DNA from: Parcubacteria group bacterium | GTDB taxonomy: Bacteria > Patescibacteriota > Minisyncoccia > Phycocordibacterales > Phycocordibacteraceae | Assembly: GCA_028286605.1 (NCBI GenBank) | Contig: JAQBRE010000002.1 | Span: 326,011 to 390,010, forward strand | Direction: 5' to 3' | DNA length: 64,000 nucleotides | Part shown: positions 29,129 through 38,584 of the stretch, in pieces | How positions within the stretch are numbered: position 1 is the stretch's first letter | Layout of the letters: every line of letters starts with the position of its first letter | Notes under the pieces: generated by a model | Told to the model about the DNA's origin: nothing | The model's input: the letters and a program-made list of their open reading frames with translations, nothing else | Databases searched by the model: none | Program-made: the position numbers and the translations under genes

Positions 29129-30811
29129 ATGGTTCGTGCATTTCTCTCGAAGCTAACAGCACCGGTACGCGGCCTGCATCAGGCCGCGTACTTGCTTGCC
29201 CTGCTGACGCTTGCATCGCAGATACTGGCGCTCGCTCGCGACCGCATATTCGCCCACACCTTCGGTGCGGGCGAAGTGCTGGACATGTACTACGCAGCGT
29301 TCAAGATTCCGGATCTGGTCTTCGCGATCGTCGCATCGCTCGTATCCGCATACGTGCTCATACCGCGCATCAGCGGCATGGATACGAAAGCTGCACGCAA
29401 GCTGCTCTCTGAAACCTCCTCATTCCTGATCATCGCAGGAGGTATCGTCTGCATCTTGCTTGCAGTCTTCGCACCCTTGTATCTGTTCCTGCTGTTCCCG
29501 ACGTTCGCGCATTCCGTGAACGCGCCAAGCTTCGTGATGCTCGTGCGCATCCTGCTGCTGCAGCCGATACTGCTGGGCCTCTCCGGCATCCTTGGCAGCG
29601 TTACGCAGATTAAGCGCCGCTTCGTTCTGTTCGCGCTTTCACCCGTGCTGTATAACCTGGGCATCATCCTGGGAACGGTGTTCCTGTATCCGAAGTTCGG
29701 CATCCTTGGAATCGGCGCGGGTGTCGTGATAGGAGCCATAGCTCACTTGTCATTGAATATTCCGATAGCGATAAATGCTGGCCTCATGCCGCGCCCGACT
29801 ATTCCATCGGTCAAGACGATTCTATCTGTAGTGCGCAGCTCTGTACCGCGTTCGCTCGCGCTTGGCATGGGAACCGTAACGACACTCGGCTTGCTTTCGC
29901 TCTCGAGCCGCCTGGGCGCAGGTTCGGTCTCGGTGTTTACGCTCGCTGGAAACTTGGAAGCCGTGCCGCTTTCGCTTATTGGTGCGGCATATGCAACGGC
30001 TGCATTTCCGGTTCTTGCGGAACAGCATGGAAAGGGAGAGAAGGATGCATTCCAATCCACTATAGGCGCTGCGGCGCGGCAGATAATCCTTTGGTCTTCG
30101 GTTATTCTCGTGCTCACGGTCGTACTGCGCGCACAGATAGTACGCGTGGTGCTTGGTTCGGGTGCCTTCGACTGGAACGCGACGCGCCTCACCGCAGCGA
30201 TCCTTGGCATCATGGTGCTTTCACTCATGGCGCAAGGAATCATCCTGCTTGCGGCGCGCGCCTTCTATGCGGCGCACCGTTCGTGGAATCCGCTTTTGGT
30301 GCAGCTTGCAGACTGCGGCATATCGGTAGCGAGCGCATGGGGCTTGGTACGGCTCGGTCAGGATGTGCCGATGGTGCGGTACTTCATCGAATCGCTCTTC
30401 CGCGTAAGCGATGTGCCTGGCGCACAGATATTGTTCGTTGCCTGTGGCTTCACGATAGGGCAGCTGATTATGGGTCTCGTCGCGCTTATAACGCTGCGTA
30501 CGGTTGCGCCCGGAACGGCGAGCAAGCTCATTCGCCCGATACTGGAATCATTCGGGGCGGCGCTCCTAGGAGGTACTGCGGCTTATGGCGCCCTCGCGCT
30601 GATGGGTAACATCGCGCCGCTCACGAAGCTCTACTACGTGGTTGCGGAGGGCGCTGTGGCTGGTATGGTAGGTCTAGCAGTGGCTTGTGCCGTGCTTTCC
30701 TTGCTTCAGAATCAGGAAATGCGCGAAGTCTGGAGCGCTCTTGCGAAGCTTCGCAACTTGCGCCCGCTCAAGCCCTACGCACCCATAAGCAATGACCAAA
30801 CCAATCCGTAA
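29129..30811 (+). CDS. murJ: Lipid II flippase MurJ
   Basis: SQILALARDRIFAHTFGAG...AAFKIPD and about 14 TM helices. Confidence 0.9.
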   Translation: MVRAFLSKLTAPVRGLHQAAYLLALLTLASQILALARDRIFAHTFGAGEVLDMYYAAFKIPDLVFAIVASLVSAYVLIPRISGMDTKAARKLLSETSSFLIIAGGIVCILLAVFAPLYLFLLFPTFAHSVNAPSFVMLVRILLLQPILLGLSGILGSVTQIKRRFVLFALSPVLYNLGIILGTVFLYPKFGILGIGAGVVIGAIAHLSLNIPIAINAGLMPRPTIPSVKTILSVVRSSVPRSLALGMGTVTTLGLLSLSSRLGAGSVSVFTLAGNLEAVPLSLIGAAYATAAFPVLAEQHGKGEKDAFQSTIGAAARQIILWSSVILVLTVVLRAQIVRVVLGSGAFDWNATRLTAAILGIMVLSLMAQGIILLAARAFYAAHRSWNPLLVQLADCGISVASAWGLVRLGQDVPMVRYFIESLFRVSDVPGAQILFVACGFTIGQLIMGLVALITLRTVAPGTASKLIRPILESFGAALLGGTAAYGALALMGNIAPLTKLYYVVAEGAVAGMVGLAVACAVLSLLQNQEMREVWSALAKLRNLRPLKPYAPISNDQTNP

Positions 30812-32597
30812 TTTCAGCATCATCGCCCATATCGACCACGGAAAGTCTACGCTTGCAGACCGTATGTTGGAGCGTACCGGTACGATTGAAGCGCGAAAGA
30901 TGCGTGATCAGGTGCTCGACAAGATGGACCTTGAACGCGAGCGCGGCATCACTATCAAGATGCAGCCAGCTCGCATGCAATACAAGGCGAAGGATGGAAC
31001 TGAGTTCATTCTGAATCTTATCGATACGCCCGGGCACATCGACTTTGCGTATGAAGTGTCACGTGCGCTTTCCGCAGTTGAAGGCGTGATTCTTCTCGTG
31101 GATTCCACGCAGGGCGTGCAGGCACAGACACTCACGACGCTCGGTATGGCGAAGGCTGCGGGCTGCGTGATCATTCCGGTGATATCGAAGATAGACGCGC
31201 CTGCGGCGCGTCCTGAAGAAGTCTCCATGGAGCTCGCAGAACTCCTAGGCGTTGATATCGATACGGTGATGGCTGTTTCTGGCCGCACCGGCGAAGGAGT
31301 TGAGGCTCTTCTTGAAGAGATCATTCGGTTGGTACCAGCACCGCGTGCGAGCGAATCTGGCACAAGCGGTGATGCGCGCGCGCTCATTTTCGACTTTTCC
31401 TATTCAACGCATCGCGGTATCGCCGTGTATGCGCGCGTTTTCGATGGCACCCTTAAGAAAGGGGATCTGCTTCGCTTCGCTGCAGCAGGCACACGCTTCA
31501 CTGCGCTTGAAACAGGAATCTTCATGCCGGACGAAACGCCCACAGAAACGCTTTCCGCAGGCGAAATCGGCTACATCGTTACGGGAGTGAAGGAGGCAGG
31601 CGTTGTGGCGGTGGGTGACACAATCTACTCAGACCGGGCAAATATCGAACCGCTTGCGGGCTTCGACCGCCCGCGCCCCGTGGTATGGGCATCGGTGTAT
31701 CCAGAAAGCCAGGATGACCTTACGGCACTTCGTCAGGCGCTTGAACGACTTCGCCTTTCTGATTCTTCGCTTTCTTTCGAAGAGGAATCATCTGGCGTGC
31801 TCGGTCGCGGCTTCCGCTGTGGTTTCCTCGGCATGCTCCACTTGGAAATCGTTACCGAGCGCCTGAAGCGCGAGTTCAATCTTTCCCTCATTGTAACCAT
31901 TCCGACCATTGCCTACAGCGTTACCGATAAGAACGGAAAGAAGGAAACGGTATACACGCCGTCGAAATTCCCTATGTTCGGCGATATCAGCATGATTGAA
32001 GAGCCGTGGGTGAAGGTGGTGCTTATCACGCCACAGGAATCTCTCTCGGGAATGATCCAACTTTTCCATGATCACGAAGGCGCGGTGATGGACACATCGA
32101 CACACCTTGATGGTCGTATTGAGCTCACTGCCGAGATGCCTCTTCGCGAGCTTATGCGCGGTTTCTTCGACCGCGTGAAGAACGTTTCTTCGGGCTACGC
32201 ATCCCTTTCATACGAATTCCTTGATGAACGCGCGGCAGATGTCGTTAAGCTTGAAATATACGTTGCCGAAGAGCCAGTGCCTGCATTTGCGCGCGTGGTA
32301 TCGCGCCGCCGCGTCGTAACGGATGGCGAGAAGATGGTGGAGAAGCTGCACGAGATACTTCCGCGACAGATGTTCGTATTGAAGATTCAGGCGCACGCGC
32401 TCGGCCGCATCGTGGCATCGAAATCAATCTCCGCGCTGCGCAAGGATGTTACGGGATATTTGTATGGTGGCGACATTACCCGCCGCATGAAGTTGCTGGA
32501 AAAGCAGAAGAAGGGAAAGAAGCGCCGCGGCGCGCACGCCAAGATGGAAATCCCGCAGGAGGTATATCAGAAGATGGTACAAGATAGCGGGCAGTAA
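30792..32597 (+). CDS. lepA: Elongation factor 4 (LepA)
   Basis: IRNFSIIAHIDHGKSTLADR, GFRCGFLGMLH and LYGGDITRRMKLLEKQK. Confidence 0.98.
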   Translation: MTKPIRNFSIIAHIDHGKSTLADRMLERTGTIEARKMRDQVLDKMDLERERGITIKMQPARMQYKAKDGTEFILNLIDTPGHIDFAYEVSRALSAVEGVILLVDSTQGVQAQTLTTLGMAKAAGCVIIPVISKIDAPAARPEEVSMELAELLGVDIDTVMAVSGRTGEGVEALLEEIIRLVPAPRASESGTSGDARALIFDFSYSTHRGIAVYARVFDGTLKKGDLLRFAAAGTRFTALETGIFMPDETPTETLSAGEIGYIVTGVKEAGVVAVGDTIYSDRANIEPLAGFDRPRPVVWASVYPESQDDLTALRQALERLRLSDSSLSFEEESSGVLGRGFRCGFLGMLHLEIVTERLKREFNLSLIVTIPTIAYSVTDKNGKKETVYTPSKFPMFGDISMIEEPWVKVVLITPQESLSGMIQLFHDHEGAVMDTSTHLDGRIELTAEMPLRELMRGFFDRVKNVSSGYASLSYEFLDERAADVVKLEIYVAEEPVPAFARVVSRRRVVTDGEKMVEKLHEILPRQMFVLKIQAHALGRIVASKSISALRKDVTGYLYGGDITRRMKLLEKQKKGKKRRGAHAKMEIPQEVYQKMVQDSGQ

Positions 32598-32628
32598 CCT
32601 GCGCGCCGCCGCTTGCTATACTAGTTCA

Positions 32629-32982
32629 ATGGCAAGAAGGAGAGTCGTACCTGTTAAGGAATATCTGATCGCGGCAGCGCTCGCGCTCGCGCTGGTATGG
32701 CTCGCATTTCTTACGTTCGGTATCGCACGTAAGGAAGAGATCGCGCGTCATGCCGTGCAAGATACGCAGGCACAGCTCGCGCAGCTTAATGCACGTCGCG
32801 GAACGCTCCAGCAGAACATCAATGACCTTTCCACCCAGCGCGGCCAGGAAGCGGTGATGCGCCAGACGTACGGCGTTGCGAAACCGGGGGAGGAAGTCAT
32901 CATCGTGGTGCCTCCTAAGACGCCTCCGCCCGCACCGAAGCTCTCGTGGTACCAGAAGCTTTTGGTCTGGTTCGGACTTTAA
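32629..32982 (+). CDS. Septum formation initiator (FtsB/DivIC-like)
   Basis: TM, coiled coil and R..YGVAKPGEEVIIV. Confidence 0.75.
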   Translation: MARRRVVPVKEYLIAAALALALVWLAFLTFGIARKEEIARHAVQDTQAQLAQLNARRGTLQQNINDLSTQRGQEAVMRQTYGVAKPGEEVIIVVPPKTPPPAPKLSWYQKLLVWFGL

Positions 32983-33002
32983 TTCACGAGATGATATAAT
33001 CT

Positions 33003-33248
33003 ATGCATATGGACAAGAACATCACTATCTACAGCACCCCGACGTGTCACTTTTGCCAGATGACTAAGGAATTCCTTACGGAGCACAATATTCCTTACAC
33101 GGAATTCAACGTTGCTGCCGATATGGAGAAGCGCCAGGAAATGATCGAGAAGAGCGGCCAGATGGGCGTACCGGTTATTACCATCGGCGACGATCTCATC
33201 GTCGGATTCGACAAAGCGAAGCTTTCAGCGCTCGTTGGCGTTGCGTAA
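33003..33248 (+). CDS. Glutaredoxin / NrdH-like redoxin
   Basis: YSTPTCHFC and SGQMGVPV...IVGFD. Confidence 0.92.
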   Translation: MHMDKNITIYSTPTCHFCQMTKEFLTEHNIPYTEFNVAADMEKRQEMIEKSGQMGVPVITIGDDLIVGFDKAKLSALVGVA

Positions 33249-33263
33249 CTGACGCGAAAAAGT

Positions 33264-33298
33264 AAAAACAGCCCCGACCTCCGGTCGGGGCTGTTTTT
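33264..33298. terminator. Terminator hairpin
   Basis: AAAAACAGCCCCGACC-TCC-GGTCGGGGCTGTTTTT. Confidence 0.75.
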
Positions 33299-33317
33299 AT
33301 GCTACGCTCGCAGTATC

Positions 33318-33389
33318 GTCCTCGTAGTTCAATGGATAGAACTCCGCACTCCTAACGCGGGAACCCAAGTTCGACTCTTGGCGAGGACA
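33318..33389 (+). tRNA. tRNA-Arg(CCT)
   Basis: Acceptor GTCCTCG/CGAGGAC, anticodon loop CTCCTAA and TTCGACT T-loop. Confidence 0.92.
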
Positions 33390-33435
33390 CCTGGAAGAGA
33401 AAAGTACCGATTTTCCCTGTGGTACGATATTTACA

Positions 33436-35295
33436 ATGGCTGATGAGAAGCTCCTAGAGCAGATACTTAAAGAGCGCGGTGCGGGAAAATCTGAAGAAGC
33501 CCTCCATGAGGAACTGAAGAAAGATGGGTGGCCTGAAGCGGACATTTACGGCGCATTTGCGGTGGCGAAGTTGCGCAGCAACCCCATGACCGCATCACGT
33601 CTTGCGCCCCCTGCGGTAGCGCCGCGCCGATCTAAGGGCAATCTGGTTTTCCAGATACTCATCGTTATCGTCCTGCTGGTTTCGGCACCGGCAGTATTCG
33701 GCTTCGTTACGGGTACGGTGCTTCCTGCGATCACCGCTCAGGCGAACGGTACCGCGACCAGCACGAGCCTCGCTACGCTCGGCCAATCCATCTTCGGTAT
33801 CGTGCCGCTCATTCCGGTAAAAGGTTCAGGTACGGGCTCGATCTTTTCGGCTCCTGCATCGAAATCAAGCGGATCGAGCGCGGCGGTATCGCACTCAACC
33901 ATAACTACGCAACCGACCGCGGCCACTCCTGCGCCTAACGCGGGGGCACCGATAACGACACAGACGCAAACCACTGTGCCGGTCGTAACAACGACGCAGA
34001 CCCCATTTTCTGTCCCTGATCAAGCGCCTGTCGTTACAGTTCCAAATCCTGTTGTTCCTGTTACTCCAGTCGTCACACCGCCCGTTGTACCGGTTGTACC
34101 AGTAACTCCTGTAACCCCGGTCGTACCCGTGGTGCCGGTCGTTCCTCCTGTCGCATCGCTCGCAACGGCGACAGATACGCCAAGCTTGCTTAAGGCATTG
34201 AAGGCGGCAAAGCCCGGCGACACTATTACGCTCGCTTCGAATACCTATTCAGGGCTTGGCACTATTGCAAACCTGAATTTCTCTTCACCCGTAACTGTTA
34301 CGTCGTACGATACGAGCCACAAGGCGATTCTTACGAATTTCAGCATGATGCGCGTTAACGGTCTAAGCTTCACCAACCTCGAATTCAGCAACCAAACTCC
34401 TACAGCATTTACGGTGAACACCTCGAGCTCGCAGAATATACGATTTGATTCCGATTATATCCACGGCTCGCTGGATGGTAATTCTGATGATGATGGCGGA
34501 GGTCTCGGCTTCCTTGATACCTCAAACGTAACGGTTTCGAATTCAACTCTTGAACAGCTTCGCCAGGGTATCAGCAACGGCGCTAATGTTACGCCAAGCG
34601 TTTCGAACATAACGATCACGGGAAATACTATAAAGGGAATGGAGAAGAGCGGTATGGTATTTGCAGGCGCAAGTAATGTTACGGTTACAGGAAACTCAAT
34701 AAGCGATATTGAGGTAGTACCTCCCGATCACCCGGATGGCATGCAGTTCTTCACGACCGGTACGACCGTTGCTGCGCATGACATTACCGTTGCGAATAAT
34801 GTGATCGTTAAAGGAAAGGGGCAGGCGGCGCAGGGCATTTTCTTCCGGGATCAGGTTGGAACGCTGCCATATCAGAATGTGCACATAGACAACAACCTTA
34901 TTATTGATACGGGATATGGCGGCGTGTATGCGGAAGGAGTCGGCTCAGGTGAATTGAGTGGTAACTTCCTTACCTCTGAACCAGGCTCAACAAACAATAC
35001 CTTCTTCTTGGTTCAGAACGGAGGTACTATTGCCGCAACTAATAACACTGCAACGGCAATCAGCTTTGATAATGTCACGAATCTTACGCAGTCGGGTAAC
35101 GCGACCACTACTCCGGTAACAGACCAAGGCTTGCAGGCGATGCGCGACTGGTCACAGAGCCATCCCGCAAGCGCAGCGCAGCTCGCGCCTTTCATCGGAG
35201 CGCTCAGCATCGCTGATTCCCATAGCATGCTTGCTTCGGCCGAAGCAGCCCTCGCCTCTGCACTGCACTATCTTTTGGGTCTGTTGCGATTGTAA
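33436..35295 (+). CDS. Membrane-anchored right-handed beta-helix protein
   Basis: Small helical N-domain, TM, Pro/Val/Thr linker, repeated N(I/V)T(I/V)..N units, HPDGMQFF and an amphipathic C-terminus. Confidence 0.8.
   Translation: MADEKLLEQILKERGAGKSEEALHEELKKDGWPEADIYGAFAVAKLRSNPMTASRLAPPAVAPRRSKGNLVFQILIVIVLLVSAPAVFGFVTGTVLPAITAQANGTATSTSLATLGQSIFGIVPLIPVKGSGTGSIFSAPASKSSGSSAAVSHSTITTQPTAATPAPNAGAPITTQTQTTVPVVTTTQTPFSVPDQAPVVTVPNPVVPVTPVVTPPVVPVVPVTPVTPVVPVVPVVPPVASLATATDTPSLLKALKAAKPGDTITLASNTYSGLGTIANLNFSSPVTVTSYDTSHKAILTNFSMMRVNGLSFTNLEFSNQTPTAFTVNTSSSQNIRFDSDYIHGSLDGNSDDDGGGLGFLDTSNVTVSNSTLEQLRQGISNGANVTPSVSNITITGNTIKGMEKSGMVFAGASNVTVTGNSISDIEVVPPDHPDGMQFFTTGTTVAAHDITVANNVIVKGKGQAAQGIFFRDQVGTLPYQNVHIDNNLIIDTGYGGVYAEGVGSGELSGNFLTSEPGSTNNTFFLVQNGGTIAATNNTATAISFDNVTNLTQSGNATTTPVTDQGLQAMRDWSQSHPASAAQLAPFIGALSIADSHSMLASAEAALASALHYLLGLLRL
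34030..34152 (+). repeat. Pro-Val low-complexity coding repeat
   Basis: Encodes PVVPVTPVVTPPVVPVVPVTPVTPVVPVVPVVPPV. Confidence 0.8.
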
Positions 35296-35339
35296 GAATC
35301 GTAAAAGCGGCCCGTCTGCATATAATATAATTAAGCGAT

Positions 35340-35849
35340 ATGAATAAAACGAACTGGATTATCGCGATACTCGTAGGTATTGCGTTCGTGTGCACACTTA
35401 TTACGTATGCGGAAAGCCTTCATACTATGCCGGAAGCGCCGGCCGCTCCTGTGATTTCAACGACGACACAAACGAAACCGGTATCTACAACCCACACGCA
35501 GCCATCTTCCGGAGGAATTCTTATCCACACATTTGGCGATGTAACGCTTTCAGTAGGACAGACGGCAAAATTCAGCGATGTAACTATCGTGCCAGTAAGT
35601 ATCGATCAAGACAGTCGTTGCCCGCTCGGAACACTCTGTACGGTAGGATTCCAGGCAGGAACCGTAGAAGTTTCTACTCGTATTACTTCAGCTTCAGGTA
35701 CCCTCATACAAACGCTCGCACTAGGGAAGTCATTTACCATAGGTCATGATGTTATTACCCTTACGGGAGTAGAACCTGTAAAGCGTCGAGAGACGACCAT
35801 TCCTCAATCAAGCTACCAGCTGACCTTCAGTGTGGAACCGACTTCATAG
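35340..35849 (+). CDS. Exported hypothetical protein
   Basis: N-terminal TM and a DSRCP...C...AG motif. Confidence 0.75.
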   Translation: MNKTNWIIAILVGIAFVCTLITYAESLHTMPEAPAAPVISTTTQTKPVSTTHTQPSSGGILIHTFGDVTLSVGQTAKFSDVTIVPVSIDQDSRCPLGTLCTVGFQAGTVEVSTRITSASGTLIQTLALGKSFTIGHDVITLTGVEPVKRRETTIPQSSYQLTFSVEPTS

Positions 35850-35917
35850 CTCTTGCGTGAAAAACCGAGTGGTATACTTAGGACATACCAAACTAGAAGG
35901 ATATATTCCCGCACACC

Positions 35918-36346
35918 ATGAAAACGATGATTCACCGCACCAGCCGCGCATTCTATGATCCTTCGCTCGGCATCTTCCTTATCCGCCTGATGGTTGGTCT
36001 TGTCTTTCTTTCGCATGGATGGGGCAAGGTAGTAGCGCTTTCGGCAACCATGATGATGTTCGTGCATCTTGGCATGTGGCCCGTCGTCGGCGTCTTCATC
36101 GGATGGCTCGAAGTGGTCGGCGGTCTCGCGCTTGTCCTTGGCGTCGCGACTCGTTTCTTCGGCATCCTGTTCGCGATCGAGATGCTCGTCGCAGCTATCC
36201 TTATCGGCGTTTCTCACGGCTTCGGCGCGGTTGAGTTCGAACTCCTCCTCGCCGTCTGTTCGCTCGGCATCGTCTTCATCGGTTCAGGCAAGTACTCTAT
36301 ATACAAGATGGAGCGTCACCTGAATCCAGACGTCGCAGCCGCATAA
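35918..36346 (+). CDS. DoxX family membrane protein
   Basis: IRLMVGLVFLSHGWGK...EVVGGLALVLG..TR...GSGKYS. Confidence 0.9.
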   Translation: MKTMIHRTSRAFYDPSLGIFLIRLMVGLVFLSHGWGKVVALSATMMMFVHLGMWPVVGVFIGWLEVVGGLALVLGVATRFFGILFAIEMLVAAILIGVSHGFGAVEFELLLAVCSLGIVFIGSGKYSIYKMERHLNPDVAAA

Positions 36347-36355
36347 TATTCGTTC

Positions 36356-36688
36356 ATGCCCGAAGGGAGCGAAAGCGAATCAGAGATATTCGAACGGTTA
36401 GACGTATTGTCTGATCTTATCGAAGAGAATATAAAGCTCGCGCACGATACGAACCGTATCGTGCGCGACATGCGACGTACCGGGCGCATCGCGTTCTGGT
36501 TCAAAGTGATCCTGTGGATCATCGTGCTCGGTCTGCCGCTCCTGTTCATCGGGCCGATCATGCAGTACTTCACCGCGCTCACCGGGTACTCGATTCCGGC
36601 CGGTACGAGCGCCTTCGGCATACCTTCCAGCACCCAGATACAGCAGGCCGTAACGGAGTTCAAGGCGAAGAATACGGCTACGCCGTAA
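36356..36688 (+). CDS. Hypothetical membrane protein
   Basis: Coiled-coil-like N-terminus followed by one TM. Confidence 0.7.
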   Translation: MPEGSESESEIFERLDVLSDLIEENIKLAHDTNRIVRDMRRTGRIAFWFKVILWIIVLGLPLLFIGPIMQYFTALTGYSIPAGTSAFGIPSSTQIQQAVTEFKAKNTATP

Positions 36689-36728
36689 AGGTGAAATACG
36701 GCCCCTGCTATGGTAGGATAGCCGTATT

Positions 36729-36801
36729 GCTTGGGTAGCTCAGTTGGTAGAGCGCTTCCCTGAAGAGGAAGATGTCCCCGGTTCGAATCCGGGCCCAAGC
36801 A
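36729..36801 (+). tRNA. tRNA-Phe(GAA)
   Basis: Acceptor GCTTGGG/CCCAAGC and anticodon arm CTTCC-CTGAAGA-GGAAG. Confidence 0.95.
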
Positions 36802-36805
36802 CCTG

Positions 36806-37906
36806 ATGATCGACATGGTCACACTTAATTCGATCTTTTCCTGGGCACGTCGATATGAACGCCATCTTTCTGGTATCGCATTCGTGCTCGGATTTATCGG
36901 CGATTTATTCACGTTCGCCGTACTGGATCTATCGCTCGCGAATCTAGCCTTCATCGGGTATCTTGTCGCTGCTGCATTTGCGACGTTTCTGGCACACGTC
37001 GTTTCTTCGCGCTTCAGCGAGCACGACGCGCTTTGGCGTCGTGCCACCTCTGCACTCGCGCCCCTAATAGTTAATTTCACGACGGGCAGCTTGCTTTCGG
37101 GTACGCTCATTTTCTATACGAAAAGCGCAACGCTTTCTGTCTCATGGCCTTTTATCGTATTGCTCGTACTTGTATTTCTGGGTAATGAAATCTTCCGTGA
37201 ATATCGCGCGCACCTTGCGTTCCAGACCGTTCTTTTCTTTTTTTCGCTCTACGCCTATGCGATATTCTCACTCCCGCTCATTCTTGGCCGTCTTGGCCCC
37301 ATGGTCTTTCTTGAAAGTACCGGAGCTGCAATACTCATTTTCGCATTATTCCTTGGGTTGCTCGCACTTGCAGGCTGGAGGCGCTTACAGGAGACACTCG
37401 TACCTATTTTGGGCGGTTCAGTGGTAGTTCTTATCATATTGGTCGGCTCCTACTTCACCTCGCTTATACCGCCGATTCCGCTCACGCTGCGCGATAGTGG
37501 CATCTATCACGATGTACAGCATGTAAACGGCGGTTACGCGCTCTCTACTGAGGCTGAACGTCCGTGGTGGCAGTTTTATGAGCCTGTGGTTATACATCAC
37601 GTTGCCGGTACGCCGCTCTACGCCTTCAGTGCCGTGTTCGCTCCTGGCGCGTTTTCTGCGAACATCATCCATGAATGGTCTCGCTACGACACTACGCAGA
37701 AGAAATGGATTCCGGAATCTACCGTGGCGTTTCCGCTTTCAGGCGGTCGTGCCGGCGGGTATCGCGGCTATTCAGAAATAACGAATGCGCCCGCAGGGAA
37801 ATGGCGCGTCTCTATTAAGACGATCTCAGGCCAAACCATCGGCCGCATAACGTTCACGGTCGTCGATTCTTCAACCGAACCAATCGTACACACCGTAACT
37901 GAATAG
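36806..37906 (+). CDS. Membrane protein with C-terminal DUF2914-like domain
   Basis: Multiple TM helices, IPPIPL, AFSAVFAP, GGRAGGYRGYS and GKWRVSI. Confidence 0.8.
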   Translation: MIDMVTLNSIFSWARRYERHLSGIAFVLGFIGDLFTFAVLDLSLANLAFIGYLVAAAFATFLAHVVSSRFSEHDALWRRATSALAPLIVNFTTGSLLSGTLIFYTKSATLSVSWPFIVLLVLVFLGNEIFREYRAHLAFQTVLFFFSLYAYAIFSLPLILGRLGPMVFLESTGAAILIFALFLGLLALAGWRRLQETLVPILGGSVVVLIILVGSYFTSLIPPIPLTLRDSGIYHDVQHVNGGYALSTEAERPWWQFYEPVVIHHVAGTPLYAFSAVFAPGAFSANIIHEWSRYDTTQKKWIPESTVAFPLSGGRAGGYRGYSEITNAPAGKWRVSIKTISGQTIGRITFTVVDSSTEPIVHTVTE

Positions 37907-37922
37907 GCGCGATAGATACGTA

Positions 37923-38016
37923 AAAAGCACTCTAAAAAGGGGCTGCGGAGCGTGACGACGCGAGCCGGAGCAAATTCCCAGCAGGGAATTATGCGTACCC
38001 TTTTTAGAGTGCTTTT
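37923..38016 (-). repeat. Structured intergenic element, copy 1 (long terminal stem enclosing two hairpins)
   Basis: 19-bp perfect inverted arms with a core shared with 49740-49835, including compensatory changes. Confidence 0.85.
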
Positions 38017-38023
38017 GAAGTGT

Positions 38024-38563
38024 CTAGGTAGACTTCACCTTCAGCTTCGTCTGACGGCTCTTATCAAGCTTCGGCATAACGATGGTGAGCAAACCATCCT
38101 TAGCACCCGCTGATGCATTGTCCACATCAACTTCCTGTGGAAGAAGGATGGTACGGGAGAATGAACCCCAGAAGAGTTCGCGTATAAAATAATCCTCGTC
38201 GTTCACGGCATCACGCTCTTCGCGCGAACCTTCAATAACAACCATATCGCGGCTAAGCGAAAGGCTTATCTCATCGGGACGAACGCCTGCGATGAAAGTG
38301 CGAATGACGATCTCGCCTGCGGTCTGATAGACGTCTACAGGAAGCTCGCCATCGCTCTGCTTTTCCTCAAGCGCGTTGATCATGGTCGCATGCGCTGGAG
38401 CTGGAGCGACGGAAGGAATAGAACCCATTGAACCGGTAGGAGAATTAGCCGACATTTTGCGGATGGGCTGCTGCTGCGGAACGAAATCGTCTTCGAACGC
38501 ATCGTAGTCATCCGAGATCGGAACCGATCCGGAGAGCCGTTCGAAGAAAGATCGTTTTTTCAT
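38024..38563 (-). CDS. Hsp20/alpha-crystallin small heat-shock protein
   Basis: PVDVYQT...AGV...WGSFSRTILLP...A..KDGLLTI.MPK. Confidence 0.92.
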   Translation of the reverse strand: MKKRSFFERLSGSVPISDDYDAFEDDFVPQQQPIRKMSANSPTGSMGSIPSVAPAPAHATMINALEEKQSDGELPVDVYQTAGEIVIRTFIAGVRPDEISLSLSRDMVVIEGSREERDAVNDEDYFIRELFWGSFSRTILLPQEVDVDNASAGAKDGLLTIVMPKLDKSRQTKLKVKST

Positions 38564-38584
38564 AGGAAATAGATAAGAGATTGG

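Noticed and set aside
37923-38016. Hammerhead ribozyme or tRNA remnant
   Set aside because: No CUGANGA/GAAA core in the junction on either strand, and no T-loop or anticodon-arm geometry.
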